From NCBI GenBank assembly GCA_964448685.1, contig CAYUWR010000010.1, positions 65,144-129,143 of the forward strand: 64,000 nucleotides of DNA, given 5' to 3'. This document shows, piece by piece, positions 8,715 to 18,565 of this stretch; the stretch's first letter is position 1; every line of letters starts with the position of its first letter. The notes beneath the pieces are model-generated. The model was given only the letters and a program-made list of their open reading frames with translations. It was not told the origin of the DNA and searched no databases. Source of the stretch: an uncultured Nitrososphaeria archaeon. GTDB taxonomy: Archaea; Thermoproteota; Nitrososphaeria; JACIWG01. The translations under genes and the position numbers were made by a program.

Positions 8715-9889
8715 GTCATTATCTCCTCCAGCCTACCCTTTCTAGCTGCAAAGAGTATCTCTAGCATGGAGAAGTCTAAAACCGAATCGAAATTGTCAAC
8801 GTCCAACTTTAAGTCATTTATTACACCACGATATTTCAACCAAAGCCGCCTCATTTCGGGAGAGGTTGGGCCAACACATGGAGAACCAGGTATGCGGGGG
8901 CTCACATCAAAGACAAAAAAATCAAGCCTTTTACCTGTTGAGTCTTCAGGATCATAGGCTACAGCACCCTGTAACGCAAAAGGCCCAACTAGACCAGGTG
9001 GATAAGCTCTCCTACAGGCTTCCACAAACCTCTCTGCCGCATGATAGGCCAATGGCTTCTGAGACTCGCGCATTGTGACACCGAAATGTCCTATTTCTTC
9101 GTTCTTTACATTGATGTCAAGCTCCAACTGTTCTCTTGCAGTCAGGTTCAGAACACCTTGAAGGTTGACCTGCCTCCTGTCATCAAATCCTAGAAAGTCA
9201 AAGTCTCCGAAGACATCATTCAAGCCCCAGGCGTGAAAGTTGGCGTTGAACCTTGGGCCTACAACAAACTCTTCGATTACAGCATTCTTCAGATCATCCA
9301 AGTCTATGACGCCTCTAGAGGCCAGATCTTCAGCTTTAGCCCAGTACTGACCCTCATCCTTAGCCACAAAAAAAGCCCTCTCAAGAGGCTTTGCCTTCTG
9401 CCTCACCTTCACTATGACGAGCCTATCTATGTCCTCTGGCCTATTGAATCGCTTAGGTGTCCTGACACCAGCCTGCTCCAGAAGCCAATACTGGTTTCTC
9501 GGCATACTCCTTTCCTCTGTCTTCAGGATAAGCCTGTTACCGTAGATTGGGACTCTGAAGCGCTTCTCAATCCCCTCATATCCTACATACACCGAAAAGG
9601 AACGGTTAGGCAAAAATATGGTGTTCAGACCACGGAGCCTCTCTTGGACTTCCTCTTGCAAGATCTCTGAGAAGTCTTGCAGGACTATTTGGCTGTCGAA
9701 AATATGCCTATTGTACCTCACGTAAAGCTCCTCCCGCCCCATTTGGCAGACCACCACCGTGCGAAAACCAAATACCTTTGCAGCGACACCAACCTCTTCT
9801 GCAGAATGAGATCCCAACACACCTATCGAAATCTCGTCACTGTCATATCCAGCCAACACCCTTCTAATTTCATCCACATTCAACGACAA
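8711..9889 (-). CDS. PurP-family paralog (ATP-grasp, FAICAR synthetase-like)
   Basis: The architecture matches the downstream gene (YDSDEISIGVLGSHSAEEVGVAAKVFGFRTVVVC...). It overlaps the next gene by 4 nt, so the two are probably co-transcribed. Confidence 0.75.
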   Translation of the reverse strand: MSLNVDEIRRVLAGYDSDEISIGVLGSHSAEEVGVAAKVFGFRTVVVCQMGREELYVRYNRHIFDSQIVLQDFSEILQEEVQERLRGLNTIFLPNRSFSVYVGYEGIEKRFRVPIYGNRLILKTEERSMPRNQYWLLEQAGVRTPKRFNRPEDIDRLVIVKVRQKAKPLERAFFVAKDEGQYWAKAEDLASRGVIDLDDLKNAVIEEFVVGPRFNANFHAWGLNDVFGDFDFLGFDDRRQVNLQGVLNLTAREQLELDINVKNEEIGHFGVTMRESQKPLAYHAAERFVEACRRAYPPGLVGPFALQGAVAYDPEDSTGKRLDFFVFDVSPRIPGSPCVGPTSPEMRRLWLKYRGVINDLKLDVDNFDSVLDFSMLEILFAARKGRLEEIMT

Positions 9890-9980
9890 GTTGACCTTCT
9901 CTTATCCGAGGATAGTCCTTCCAAGCACTATTAAGCCTTATTCCGGAACCAGATGAGGCAAGAAGTTTTTGAGGAAAGCC

Positions 9981-10502
9981 TTAAAGAGAACGTCTGCGGA
10001 CGATCACACACTTAACCTTGTCCAGTGCGTCATACCAGTTCCCGACATCGACACCGTATCTTAGAAATTTCACGTTTCCAACAGAAGATCTTATCTCTTC
10101 CAAGTGCACATCTCTGTCGTCTATGTACAGGATTTCCTCTGGCAGGACCTTGACTCCTCTCTGGCTCAGCCCTGAGACAATCTTTTGGAGCATTACATGT
10201 TTGTTTGGATGGGGTTCCACAACTGGGAAGACAAAGAACCCATCTATACCGAATAGGGAAAGGAGGCTGAAGACGTTTTCTGGCTCATTCCAGCTTGCCA
10301 AAGACAAAAGTATTCCATTTTCCCTCACATAGTTCAGGAACTCTCTGATTCCATCATTCAATCGGACAGTAGAATGATACTTGTCCTGGATCACATCACA
10401 TGATACGATTTCGAAGGGAGCGACCAGCGCGCTAGCGTCATGATGAGACCATATCGTTCCATCAGCGTCGAGAACAATGAGTTTTATCATTTTGTCCAGC
10501 AT
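9981..10502 (-). CDS. HAD-superfamily phosphatase, magnesium-dependent phosphatase-1 (MDP-1)-like
   Basis: The HAD motif I is KLIVLDADGTIW and a DD motif (LYIDDRD) lies late in the protein. I trimmed the 240-aa track ORF to the Met at 10502 (MLDKMIKLIVLDADG) because the upstream 67 codons have no family-like sequence. Confidence 0.6.
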   Translation of the reverse strand: MLDKMIKLIVLDADGTIWSHHDASALVAPFEIVSCDVIQDKYHSTVRLNDGIREFLNYVRENGILLSLASWNEPENVFSLLSLFGIDGFFVFPVVEPHPNKHVMLQKIVSGLSQRGVKVLPEEILYIDDRDVHLEEIRSSVGNVKFLRYGVDVGNWYDALDKVKCVIVRRRSL

Positions 10503-10706
10503 AGCCCAGCCAACATTTTTAAGCCTTATGCTAGGTAGAGCAAGATACGTCCACATGGTGACTTCATAGATGGTCGATGAGCCAGCAGACACCTGAAGCC
10601 TAAGATCAAAATCATGTAGACACGCCAGCATCTCCAAAAACCTTCTCAGAGGGCACGTAAGCTGAGGTAGCCCATGGCATTCAAAAGGATTTAATACTCC
10701 CATGTC

Positions 10707-11180
10707 TTGAAATCGAGTATGCAGAGCGAAGACACTTCTTTGATTTCATTCTGTGGCCTATATTGTGGCCTATGCGCCCAGAACAGTAGGATACCGAAAC
10801 TTGCCCTCGAGCTACAGAAAACCTTACATGAGGAAGGATTTGACGACTTCTACCAATATACACCTGAAATTAGAGAAAAGTTTCCATCGTTCTGGAAATT
10901 TCTGCGAGAACTGGCATCCTTCGAATGCAGGTGCAGAGATGGAAAAGGTGGGCCGCCAGACTGTAGAATCAGAGACTGCGCAAAGAAGAGAAACATCATA
11001 GTGTGCCCCCAGTGCAAGGAGTATCCCTGCAGAGATTTCAACAAGCTGGCTGAAAGATATCCAACACTGCTGCAAGATGGTAACAGACTTCAAAAGGTTG
11101 GAATCCAAAAGTGGGTAGAAGAACAAGAGGAGAGGAGAAAACGTGGATTCACTTATGCAGATATCAGATATCAGGCTTAA
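10707..11180 (+). CDS. DUF3795-family cysteine-rich protein
   Basis: Motifs FCGLYCGLCA near the N-terminus and C-x-C...C...CPQCKEYPC later are the typical DUF3795 pattern. Track start TTG at 10707; first ATG at 10719. Confidence 0.65.
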   Translation: MKSSMQSEDTSLISFCGLYCGLCAQNSRIPKLALELQKTLHEEGFDDFYQYTPEIREKFPSFWKFLRELASFECRCRDGKGGPPDCRIRDCAKKRNIIVCPQCKEYPCRDFNKLAERYPTLLQDGNRLQKVGIQKWVEEQEERRKRGFTYADIRYQA

Positions 11181-11303
11181 TTTCCTAGCCTACATCAAGA
11201 AGCTGAATCCGGCAACTCCCAAGGGAAACGAGGAACTAGGATGTTTGACATGATACAGCCGCCGAACAGAAGAATTTGGGCACAGATTCTGGAGGAACTC
11301 TAG

Positions 11304-12281
11304 ATGAGACTCATAGAATACTTTTCGACATTCGATCGTGTCCCAGCAGTTCCAATACTTGGATATCCAGCATTGGCACCTTTTAGGCTGAATTCGTCAA
11401 CCTGTCTACTGGAACCCAGTAAACACGTAAAGGTAGTAGAATACATAAGGAGGGAATTTGACGTTGACGCTTTACTACCCCTACTGGATTTGACTGTAGA
11501 AGCTGAAGCCCTAGGAGCCACCGTTCAATACCGAGAAGCAGACGCCCCACAGATCGGGAAGACAGTCGACGTAAAAGGTGTACGGCGTACGCACGATAAA
11601 GTCAGGATGCCGATTATGGTCAGAGCAGCCAAGAAGATCAGAGAGCTTTCGAGAGATATGCCAACCGGCTTCTATGTCACTGGACCGTTCACAATTGTAG
11701 GCCAAGTCATCGGACTCATGAACCTCCTCAAGCTCATGCCTACAGAACCGGAAACCCTCCTGCCGATTCTTGATTTTGCAGAAGAGACCGCATCAGAGTA
11801 CGCGAGACAATTGGAGGAGGCTGGAGTTGACTTCATAGTCGTCGCAGAGCCATCTTCAAGCTTGATATCTGTAAGCCAATTTAATGAGTTCTCGAAGCCC
11901 CACCTGAGGAGGCTGATCCAGTCCACAAGCATAGATGTAATACTGCACATATGCGGCAGATCTAGACACATATTGGCTGAAATGGTCAACACAGGAGCAG
12001 CGGGGATCAGCATAGACCAGAACATTCCAATGGTAGACGCAGCCAAAGCCATCCCAAGCAACATTATGGTCTTCGGAAACTATTCACCAGTCAATTTGAT
12101 GCAAGAAGAACCCTCCACCATAAGAGTGAATGTCTTAAGGATGCTGTCCGACGTAAAGGACAAGAGAAATGTCGTTTCAAGCACAGGATGCGATATACCT
12201 TCAAAGACCCCGACAGCAAACATAAAGGCCTTCATAGAAGCCTCCAAAAGCATAAGAAGAGAACAGCAGGCAAACCGCTAG
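11304..12281 (+). CDS. uroporphyrinogen decarboxylase (URO-D) family protein, MtaA/MtbA-like methyltransferase candidate
   Basis: 325 aa with the URO-D-fold pattern (VDFIVVAEPSSSLIS, ILHICGRSRHILAEMVNTGAAGISIDQ, SSTGCDIP). Confidence 0.7.
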   Translation: MRLIEYFSTFDRVPAVPILGYPALAPFRLNSSTCLLEPSKHVKVVEYIRREFDVDALLPLLDLTVEAEALGATVQYREADAPQIGKTVDVKGVRRTHDKVRMPIMVRAAKKIRELSRDMPTGFYVTGPFTIVGQVIGLMNLLKLMPTEPETLLPILDFAEETASEYARQLEEAGVDFIVVAEPSSSLISVSQFNEFSKPHLRRLIQSTSIDVILHICGRSRHILAEMVNTGAAGISIDQNIPMVDAAKAIPSNIMVFGNYSPVNLMQEEPSTIRVNVLRMLSDVKDKRNVVSSTGCDIPSKTPTANIKAFIEASKSIRREQQANR

Positions 12282-12368
12282 CAAGAGGAGACATAGTAAG
12301 GGTCAACACAAGCGAACTTACCGATGAACATATATGTTGGATGTGTAGTGGATCGATCAAGGCGTAAT

Positions 12369-13520
12369 ATGATGAACCCTAGAGAGAGAATATTGAACCT
12401 GTTGAAGAATAGAGCCTGCGACAGGATACCTTTCGCCCACTGTGACCGACATCTCCCACGCGGAAGCAAGGAGAGAGAAGCTCGAAACATGGGGATGGCA
12501 CTACTTTGCTATAGGCCCTGCTACATAGAATCCATATCGAATGTGGAGATAACAACAAGAAGCGAACCTGACATGATAATCCGAACATACGACACCGCTG
12601 CCGGAAGCCTATCGGAAACGTTGAAAGTTGGTATAGGATATGGGCAGGCCCTTTTCGGAAGAGACTGGAAAGGACTACAGCCGATAAGAACAAAGTTTCT
12701 GGTGAAAGAGAGAGGAGACTACAGGATCCTTAAGACCATCGCCGAAAACCTACATTTCAAGCCATACTATTATCCTGTCGAAGACCAAACAGAACGTTAT
12801 CCTGTCGAAGACCAAACAGAACGCCTCGGCGATGATGGCATAGTGGTCTCAACCATACCATATGAGCCGATGCAGAGACTGCTGGTCGAATGGGTTGGAT
12901 CAAGGCTCTACGTCGACCTAGCAAGGGACAAGGAGATAGTCGAGGAAATATATGATATCCTCGAGCAGAGATATGAGGAAGAACTTTTTCCAATAGCAGC
13001 TCACTCGCCATCAGAGGTGGTACTTTATGGTGGCAACATAGACAGCGTCCTAGTGGGCCCCAAAATGTTCAAAGAATACTATCTTCCAACATACGAGAAG
13101 TGTTGGAGGGTGCTCCACTCTAAAGGTAGACTACTTGATGTACACATGGATGGAAAGCTGAAGCCACTATCAGAGCTTATCGCGGAAGCGAAGATCGACA
13201 TCGTCGAAGCATTCACACCTCCGCCGATGGGTGACCTACCAATCGACGCAGCGCTGCCACTGTGGAAAGACAAAATCATCTGGATAAATTTTCCCTCAGC
13301 TATTTCAACCGCTATGGGACCGAATCCCTTGTCTGTCAAGAGATATCTCTTGCAACTGTTGGAGAAGACAATACCTGGAGAGAGAATAATGCTCATCGCT
13401 TCAACAGAAAACTTTGTTCCAGAAGACAATATAATCGCCATGGCTGAAGTCATGGAGAAGGCTACATTGCCATTGACGGAGGATGTAATAGAAAGGACAA
13501 GGATGGAGTCAAGATTATAG
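12369..13520 (+). CDS. URO-D-like family protein (divergent), contains an in-frame 9-aa tandem duplication
   Basis: The C-terminal half has a URO-D-like layout (VHMDGKLKPLSELIAEAKIDIVEAFTPPP, IWINFPS, MLIASTENFVPED). I chose the start at MMNPRERILNLL (12369) rather than the 12324 track start. Confidence 0.55.
   Translation: MMNPRERILNLLKNRACDRIPFAHCDRHLPRGSKEREARNMGMALLCYRPCYIESISNVEITTRSEPDMIIRTYDTAAGSLSETLKVGIGYGQALFGRDWKGLQPIRTKFLVKERGDYRILKTIAENLHFKPYYYPVEDQTERYPVEDQTERLGDDGIVVSTIPYEPMQRLLVEWVGSRLYVDLARDKEIVEEIYDILEQRYEEELFPIAAHSPSEVVLYGGNIDSVLVGPKMFKEYYLPTYEKCWRVLHSKGRLLDVHMDGKLKPLSELIAEAKIDIVEAFTPPPMGDLPIDAALPLWKDKIIWINFPSAISTAMGPNPLSVKRYLLQLLEKTIPGERIMLIASTENFVPEDNIIAMAEVMEKATLPLTEDVIERTRMESRL
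12771..12824 (+). repeat. perfectly phased 27-bp tandem duplication inside the CDS (2 copies, 26/27 identical)
   Basis: tatcctgtcgaagaccaaacagaacgT (12771-12797) is followed directly by tatcctgtcgaagaccaaacagaacgC (12798-12824). It encodes YPVEDQTER twice. Confidence 0.95.
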
Positions 13521-13640
13521 AGGCCGGCAAGCCTACTTCTACCAAAAGAGCACTATTTGATTCTCAGATGGTAGACAGTCTTCCGGCGAGGGATATGAGC
13601 GTGCGGCCGCAGGCTGCCATATCAACTTAAGAGCCTTGAG

Positions 13641-14624
13641 TCAGTAAGTCAAGACAGTGCCAATATTCTTCTTGACCGCATTATCATATATCGCCTTCGC
13701 TACCGCCATATCCGCCAACGCCAGACCAAGATTGACAATCGTTATCCTCTCTTTATCATTCACCCTACCTACTCTTGCACCCGCCACCAGTTCGCTGAGT
13801 TCACCTTCGACCCTATTGACGCCAAAGAAGCGGCCTACAGTCTTGTAGTATTCAAGTTGCTGGATGTCGTCGGTGTAAAGCTTGTCAGGGCCGATGAAGG
13901 TATCTGAATCCCAGTAGCTGTCAAATTCTATGGGACAGACTAGGCCACCTTCTTCAACCCACCTAAAGTGGGCGATAGCACTCGGCTTTTTCAGGATCGG
14001 TGTGGCAGTAACTATGATATCTGAGCCTTCAACCACCTCTCTTGGAGTCTTGGCACAGACCGTTTCGAAACCATACCATTCCCCAACAAATTTAATATAT
14101 TGCTTAAGCTTTGCTTCGACAACATCGTATGCTTTTACCTTTCTTATCGTATGAAAGACCGAAGCCAATGCTTCCAGGTTGCTCTTTCCCTGGACACCAC
14201 AGCCTATTACGCCGACGACTTCAGAGCCTTCCTTCGCCAGATGCTTTGCAGATATAGCTGTTACAGCACCTGTCCTTTTCGCTGTAATCCAGCGGGCATC
14301 CATTATGCAAGTTGGTAGGCCCGTTCTCGGATCGTTCAAGACGAGTAGGCCGGTTATGTATGGAAGACCTCTGTCAGGATTCTGGGGGTAGCCTGCTATC
14401 CACTTTATACCTACAGCACCTATCTTCGGTATATAGGCCGGCATCGCGTGAATGAATGCGTCTTCTTCAGGGTGAATACCGGGCTTCGGGGGCATTTCAA
14501 CCCTTCTGAAGTACTTCTCTCTCAGCGCGTCCTCTATGGAAGCAATCGTGTCTCCAACGCCTAAACCTATCGATTCAACATCTCTGCCAGAAAGATACAG
14601 GATGCTCACATCATTCATTTGCAA
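13641..14624 (-). CDS. ornithine cyclodeaminase / mu-crystallin family NAD(P)-dependent enzyme
   Basis: 327 aa with the Rossmann motif VIGCGVQGKS in the central position and overall OCD/mu-crystallin layout. Archaeal alanine dehydrogenase belongs to this family. Confidence 0.75.
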   Translation of the reverse strand: MQMNDVSILYLSGRDVESIGLGVGDTIASIEDALREKYFRRVEMPPKPGIHPEEDAFIHAMPAYIPKIGAVGIKWIAGYPQNPDRGLPYITGLLVLNDPRTGLPTCIMDARWITAKRTGAVTAISAKHLAKEGSEVVGVIGCGVQGKSNLEALASVFHTIRKVKAYDVVEAKLKQYIKFVGEWYGFETVCAKTPREVVEGSDIIVTATPILKKPSAIAHFRWVEEGGLVCPIEFDSYWDSDTFIGPDKLYTDDIQQLEYYKTVGRFFGVNRVEGELSELVAGARVGRVNDKERITIVNLGLALADMAVAKAIYDNAVKKNIGTVLTY

Positions 14625-14705
14625 GATTATTGAGTCGACTGGACTTAAGTTTTTCCAAAATCAATCTCGTAGGAGATGAGTTTAGGCCGAGACCTCTAAA
14701 GCCTG

Positions 14706-15722
14706 CTAACATAACCGAAACTTCCTGTTGGACAACTCCACCGCCAGCTTTATCGCTTCCAATGTTGCGCTTTCGTTGCCTGTACCCTTTCCAGCCTTTC
14801 CCCAGACAGTGCCATGGTCAGGTGACACCCTTATGATAGGCAAGCCAAGGCTGAGATTGACACCCTCCATGAATCCAACCATCTTCATCGCTATATGCCC
14901 CTGATCGTGGTACATGGCTATGACGATATCAAACTGTTTGTTATAGTACGCTCGATAGAATACAGTATCTGGGGGATATGGGCCTGTGACATTTATCCCC
15001 TTAGATGAGGCTTCTTGAATCGCAGGCTTTATCTCTTTTATTTCCTCGTCTCCAAACAGGCCCCCTTCTCCGGCGTGAGGGTTCAAGCCCGAGACAGCGA
15101 TCCTGGGTTCTTTCATCCCAAACAGTTCAAAGAGGCTCTGATACGTCAACTCTATGGTCTTTAGAACCCTCTCCTTCTTGATCAGATCCAGCGCCTCCCT
15201 CAACGAGACATGTGTCGTAACATGAGACACCTTAAATGCGCCTGCGACAAGCATCATCTTGACATCCTTGGCCCCAGTTAAGTCCGCAAGCAATTCTGTA
15301 TGCCCTGGATAACTGTAGCCAGCCAAGTTCAGGCTTTCCTTGCTTATGGGAGCAGTCACTATTGCGTGAACATCTCCAGACATGGCGTATTTGACCGCCT
15401 GAGCTATCGACTCGTAGGCAGCCTTTCCACCCAAAGACGATGGCTTCCCATAGACCAACTTTGCCAGGTCCACATTGTCAAGGTCTATTATGTTGATTAC
15501 CTTAGGAGTGTCCATTGCTTGATCTGGAGATGTTATACGCAAGAAGGAAAGCCCGCTGGCGCCAACGATCTCCAAAGCCCTCTTGAAAACCTTCATGTCT
15601 CCTATGAGAATAAGCCTGGCCCTAGAGGATACGCTTTCGTTCCTAAGCGCCTTCAGAGAGATTTCAGGGCCTGAGCCAGCAGGGTCGCCCATCGTTATAG
15701 CAATGATCGGCTTCACCATCAA
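14706..15722 (-). CDS. PdxA-family NAD-dependent dehydrogenase (4-hydroxythreonine-4-phosphate dehydrogenase family; PdxA2-like by context)
   Basis: Motifs are ITMGDPAGSGPEI, GHTELLA, HVSL, NPHAGEGG, AMYHDQG and SPDHGT. These are the conserved PdxA metal and substrate motifs. Confidence 0.85.
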   Translation of the reverse strand: MMVKPIIAITMGDPAGSGPEISLKALRNESVSSRARLILIGDMKVFKRALEIVGASGLSFLRITSPDQAMDTPKVINIIDLDNVDLAKLVYGKPSSLGGKAAYESIAQAVKYAMSGDVHAIVTAPISKESLNLAGYSYPGHTELLADLTGAKDVKMMLVAGAFKVSHVTTHVSLREALDLIKKERVLKTIELTYQSLFELFGMKEPRIAVSGLNPHAGEGGLFGDEEIKEIKPAIQEASSKGINVTGPYPPDTVFYRAYYNKQFDIVIAMYHDQGHIAMKMVGFMEGVNLSLGLPIIRVSPDHGTVWGKAGKGTGNESATLEAIKLAVELSNRKFRLC

Positions 15723-15725
15723 CTG

Positions 15726-16991
15726 TCACCTTTCAGCCTTTAACCTCGCCGCCACCTTAACAAGAGTCTCCATCGAACCGAATCCTCCCGCCTTGGTCAC
15801 TACATTCATATCTTTAAATTTAAGGATAGGCAGTCCAGGCTCTATCTCTCCCTTCAATTCAAGGGTGTCGATCCCCAAGCTCCTGATGGCCGCGACAGAG
15901 ATGTCGCCTCCTGTCAAGAACAACCCTCCAAACCTTCCATAGCCAAACTCGTGGAATATTCGAGAGACCAGTTCGCCGAACTTGCGCGAAAGCATCAGCC
16001 CAAATTCGGAAAGTCCAACATTCAGGCGCTCAGCCAGAGACCTTCCTTGCTCCATCTGTTCTCGAGTGTAGGAAGTTGTGATGACGATGTCCAAAGCACA
16101 GCCTAATGCGTCAGAGACCTCTTTTCTCAGCCTCAACCATTCCCGTTCAAAGTCGCCTATCAAGGCCTCCACGTCCACTTTCAGCAGCCTTCCATCAAAC
16201 TCTTCGATGAACATTCGAACCTGCTCCCTTGCCATATCATTCACCGAACCTACAGCCATCAAGATCGGTTTCCCATGTCGATCTCCAACAACTATATTGT
16301 ACGCGACACTTTCAGCTAATCCAGCAGATCCAACCCACATGATGTCCTTGTCGCCCAAGCCGCAAACCAACCGAACTATCCTCCTTAGATCTTCGTCATC
16401 TTCTACATCAAATGTGAGCACCTTGGGCAAAGCTGGACCATCATAAAGCCTACCGGACCTCAGCTCGTCCAGCAGAACATGATGATAGGCACCCACATGT
16501 CTTGGCTCAAAGTATGCAGATAGCTTAGAGGCTTTCACCGGCGTCCTTATGTCCTTTCCAAAGTAGGTCTGTTCGACAGGAACTCCTCGAACCATTAACA
16601 CGCCATCCTTCGTCGTCCGACCCTGCTTGGGGAAAGCGGGAGCGAAGACCACAAGATCGGGTTCGAGGACATCACATAATGCCTTGACCTCTGCTTTTAT
16701 GTTTCCTCTAAGAGTCGAATCTATCTTCTTGTATACCGCAGTCTCGCCCACATAATCTTTTATCTTATTACCCAACGCAAAAAGGAAATCATATGCCCTG
16801 TCAGAGGATAAAGCTCTACTTTCTGTGTCCACAGCCACAACATCATAATCTTTCATCAGATGTGGGACGACGTCGATATCCAATGTTGTCACAGTCGAGA
16901 AACCTAGCTTGGCAAATTGGGCCGTAGCATCATTCGCTCCCGTAAGGTCGTCTGCAATTATCAGAACAGACCTGTAGATTTTCACCGCCAT
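15726..16991 (-). CDS. four-carbon acid sugar kinase family protein (DUF1537; OtnK/DtnK family)
   Basis: The N-terminal IIADDLTGANDA motif and the C-terminal GGDIS...TKAGGFG match the DUF1537 kinase family. It lies 3 nt upstream of the PdxA-family gene. Confidence 0.8.
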   Translation of the reverse strand: MAVKIYRSVLIIADDLTGANDATAQFAKLGFSTVTTLDIDVVPHLMKDYDVVAVDTESRALSSDRAYDFLFALGNKIKDYVGETAVYKKIDSTLRGNIKAEVKALCDVLEPDLVVFAPAFPKQGRTTKDGVLMVRGVPVEQTYFGKDIRTPVKASKLSAYFEPRHVGAYHHVLLDELRSGRLYDGPALPKVLTFDVEDDEDLRRIVRLVCGLGDKDIMWVGSAGLAESVAYNIVVGDRHGKPILMAVGSVNDMAREQVRMFIEEFDGRLLKVDVEALIGDFEREWLRLRKEVSDALGCALDIVITTSYTREQMEQGRSLAERLNVGLSEFGLMLSRKFGELVSRIFHEFGYGRFGGLFLTGGDISVAAIRSLGIDTLELKGEIEPGLPILKFKDMNVVTKAGGFGSMETLVKVAARLKAER

Positions 16992-17048
16992 CTATCACAA
17001 CACCTTCACTGATACAATTGATCCAAAGAAAAACGACACCCACCATAT

Positions 17049-17663
17049 TTAAACGATGAGGTTCAAGACACCTTCACGCATAAGCGAGACCGCGTAGGCG
17101 GCCATAAGCATAGACATCATCTTGTCCAAGACAAGAGTCCCATTTCTGCCAAGCAACTTCAAGATCCTTCCGCCAATCAGCAAGATAGCCAACGTGATCA
17201 AGATGCTGATAACAATGCTCGATACCGCAGTGACAAGATCCCAGTTATACTTCACATAGATGACGACTGTGATCGCGCCAGGCCCAGCCAGAAGAGGGGT
17301 GGCCATCGGCACTATACTTATCCTGTCCAAGTCAGGCTTCGGCATCAAAGATATTTCAAGAAGGCCGAGAATAGAGTATATCAAGAGTATGATTCCTCCT
17401 GCAATTCTAAAATCATCCACCGTCACACCCAAGAAGGCCAGCAATGAATCGCCAGAAACCGCGAACGCCAAGAGGATCAAAGCCGCAACCACCACACTCT
17501 TCTTTATCGTAGAAGATCGCACATCGGGTTTCAGCTCTTTAGTGAGAGTGTAAAAGTAGGGGGCATTAGAGAAAGGATCCAGCACTATAAGAAGAAGCAG
17601 TATGGCTTGGGCGATCGAAAATAGGTCTAGCATGGCAGCTTCGACTAGGCTCAAAGGCTGCAT
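17049..17663 (-). CDS. MarC-family (UPF0056) integral membrane protein
   Basis: 204 aa, six hydrophobic segments, with DPFSNAPYF near the N-terminus and PLLAGPGAIT in the middle, as in MarC family proteins. Confidence 0.8.
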   Translation of the reverse strand: MQPLSLVEAAMLDLFSIAQAILLLLIVLDPFSNAPYFYTLTKELKPDVRSSTIKKSVVVAALILLAFAVSGDSLLAFLGVTVDDFRIAGGIILLIYSILGLLEISLMPKPDLDRISIVPMATPLLAGPGAITVVIYVKYNWDLVTAVSSIVISILITLAILLIGGRILKLLGRNGTLVLDKMMSMLMAAYAVSLMREGVLNLIV

Positions 17664-17785
17664 CTAAAAAAGTTTCTGAGAAAAGAGAATTAGAGTGGTG
17701 AAATCATCTAACGGCAAATTCGGTGGGACATCTTCTGGAGGCAGACCCAACACTCCTTTTAGAGCCACAGAACAACTTTCGATGT

Positions 17786-18421
17786 TTAAGAGCCCGCCAT
17801 GATCAAAGATATCCAAGGAGCCTTCATGTTAGGCATCTTCCTTCTGTAGAAGACGACTCTTACAATGCTGTATGCGGGTATAATCGATAGAATCGTATGA
17901 ATTAGGTTAAATACTCCAGTGAATATGACGATCGGAATCATTGCGTCAAGACTGCTCTGGAATTTAAGCCCAAGCGAGCCGCAAAGACTTTCTGCTGCGA
18001 AATCAAGCAGCGAAGGCATCAGTATCAAGAGCATCACGTAATTCAGTACAGACATGAGGATGATTCTGATCGAAGCTGCCAGAGAAAAGATCAATCCAAG
18101 ACCGAGAGCTGAAGGCAACTTAAGCTTCTTGGCCAACACGAAACCCATCCATGAACCCAAGATCATTCCCAGGACCGACAGGAACTTCATAAAAGGACCA
18201 TAAGGTTGAAATTCCCCTATGAAGTTTAATATTATCCAGTAGGCGAAGGAAGAGATGGTGCCCGGTATAGGGCCATAGATGAATGTGCCGACCATGACAG
18301 GAAGTTCTGCGACCTCAAATCTCAAGTAAGGCAAGATTGGGAAGCGAAGGCTAGGAACAAACGTCAGTGCCGCTGACAGCGCTCCAAATACAGATGAAGC
18401 AGAAAGCATCCTAACATCCAT
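17786..18421 (-). CDS. polytopic membrane protein, ECF-transporter S-component-like
   Basis: Five to six TM helices. I trimmed the track ORF to the Met at 18421 (MDVRMLSASSVFGALSAALTFV) because the upstream 45 codons are Cys/Lys-rich and look non-coding. The S-component resemblance is by overall pattern only. Confidence 0.45.
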   Translation of the reverse strand: MDVRMLSASSVFGALSAALTFVPSLRFPILPYLRFEVAELPVMVGTFIYGPIPGTISSFAYWIILNFIGEFQPYGPFMKFLSVLGMILGSWMGFVLAKKLKLPSALGLGLIFSLAASIRIILMSVLNYVMLLILMPSLLDFAAESLCGSLGLKFQSSLDAMIPIVIFTGVFNLIHTILSIIPAYSIVRVVFYRRKMPNMKAPWISLIMAGS

Positions 18422-18565
18422 CTGATGTCCTCTCTTATAGTCTCTTTTCACACCAGAAGTGCAGCATCGAACATTTATATAACTTTTGTAATTACCAGTT
18501 TTATGGTAGGACTTCATTAGGGCAGAAAACCGCTGGAAACACCCTCGAGCACACACCTCAGGTGC

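Noticed and set aside
10503-10703. N-terminal extensions of track ORFs (9981..10703, 17786..18556, 30199..30822, 35823..37052, 38769..39812, 12324..)
   Set aside because: The extended parts lack family-like sequence, are Cys/Arg-rich or hydrophobic junk, and in several cases would overlap the divergent neighbour or its promoter. Internal Met codons give canonical N-termini.
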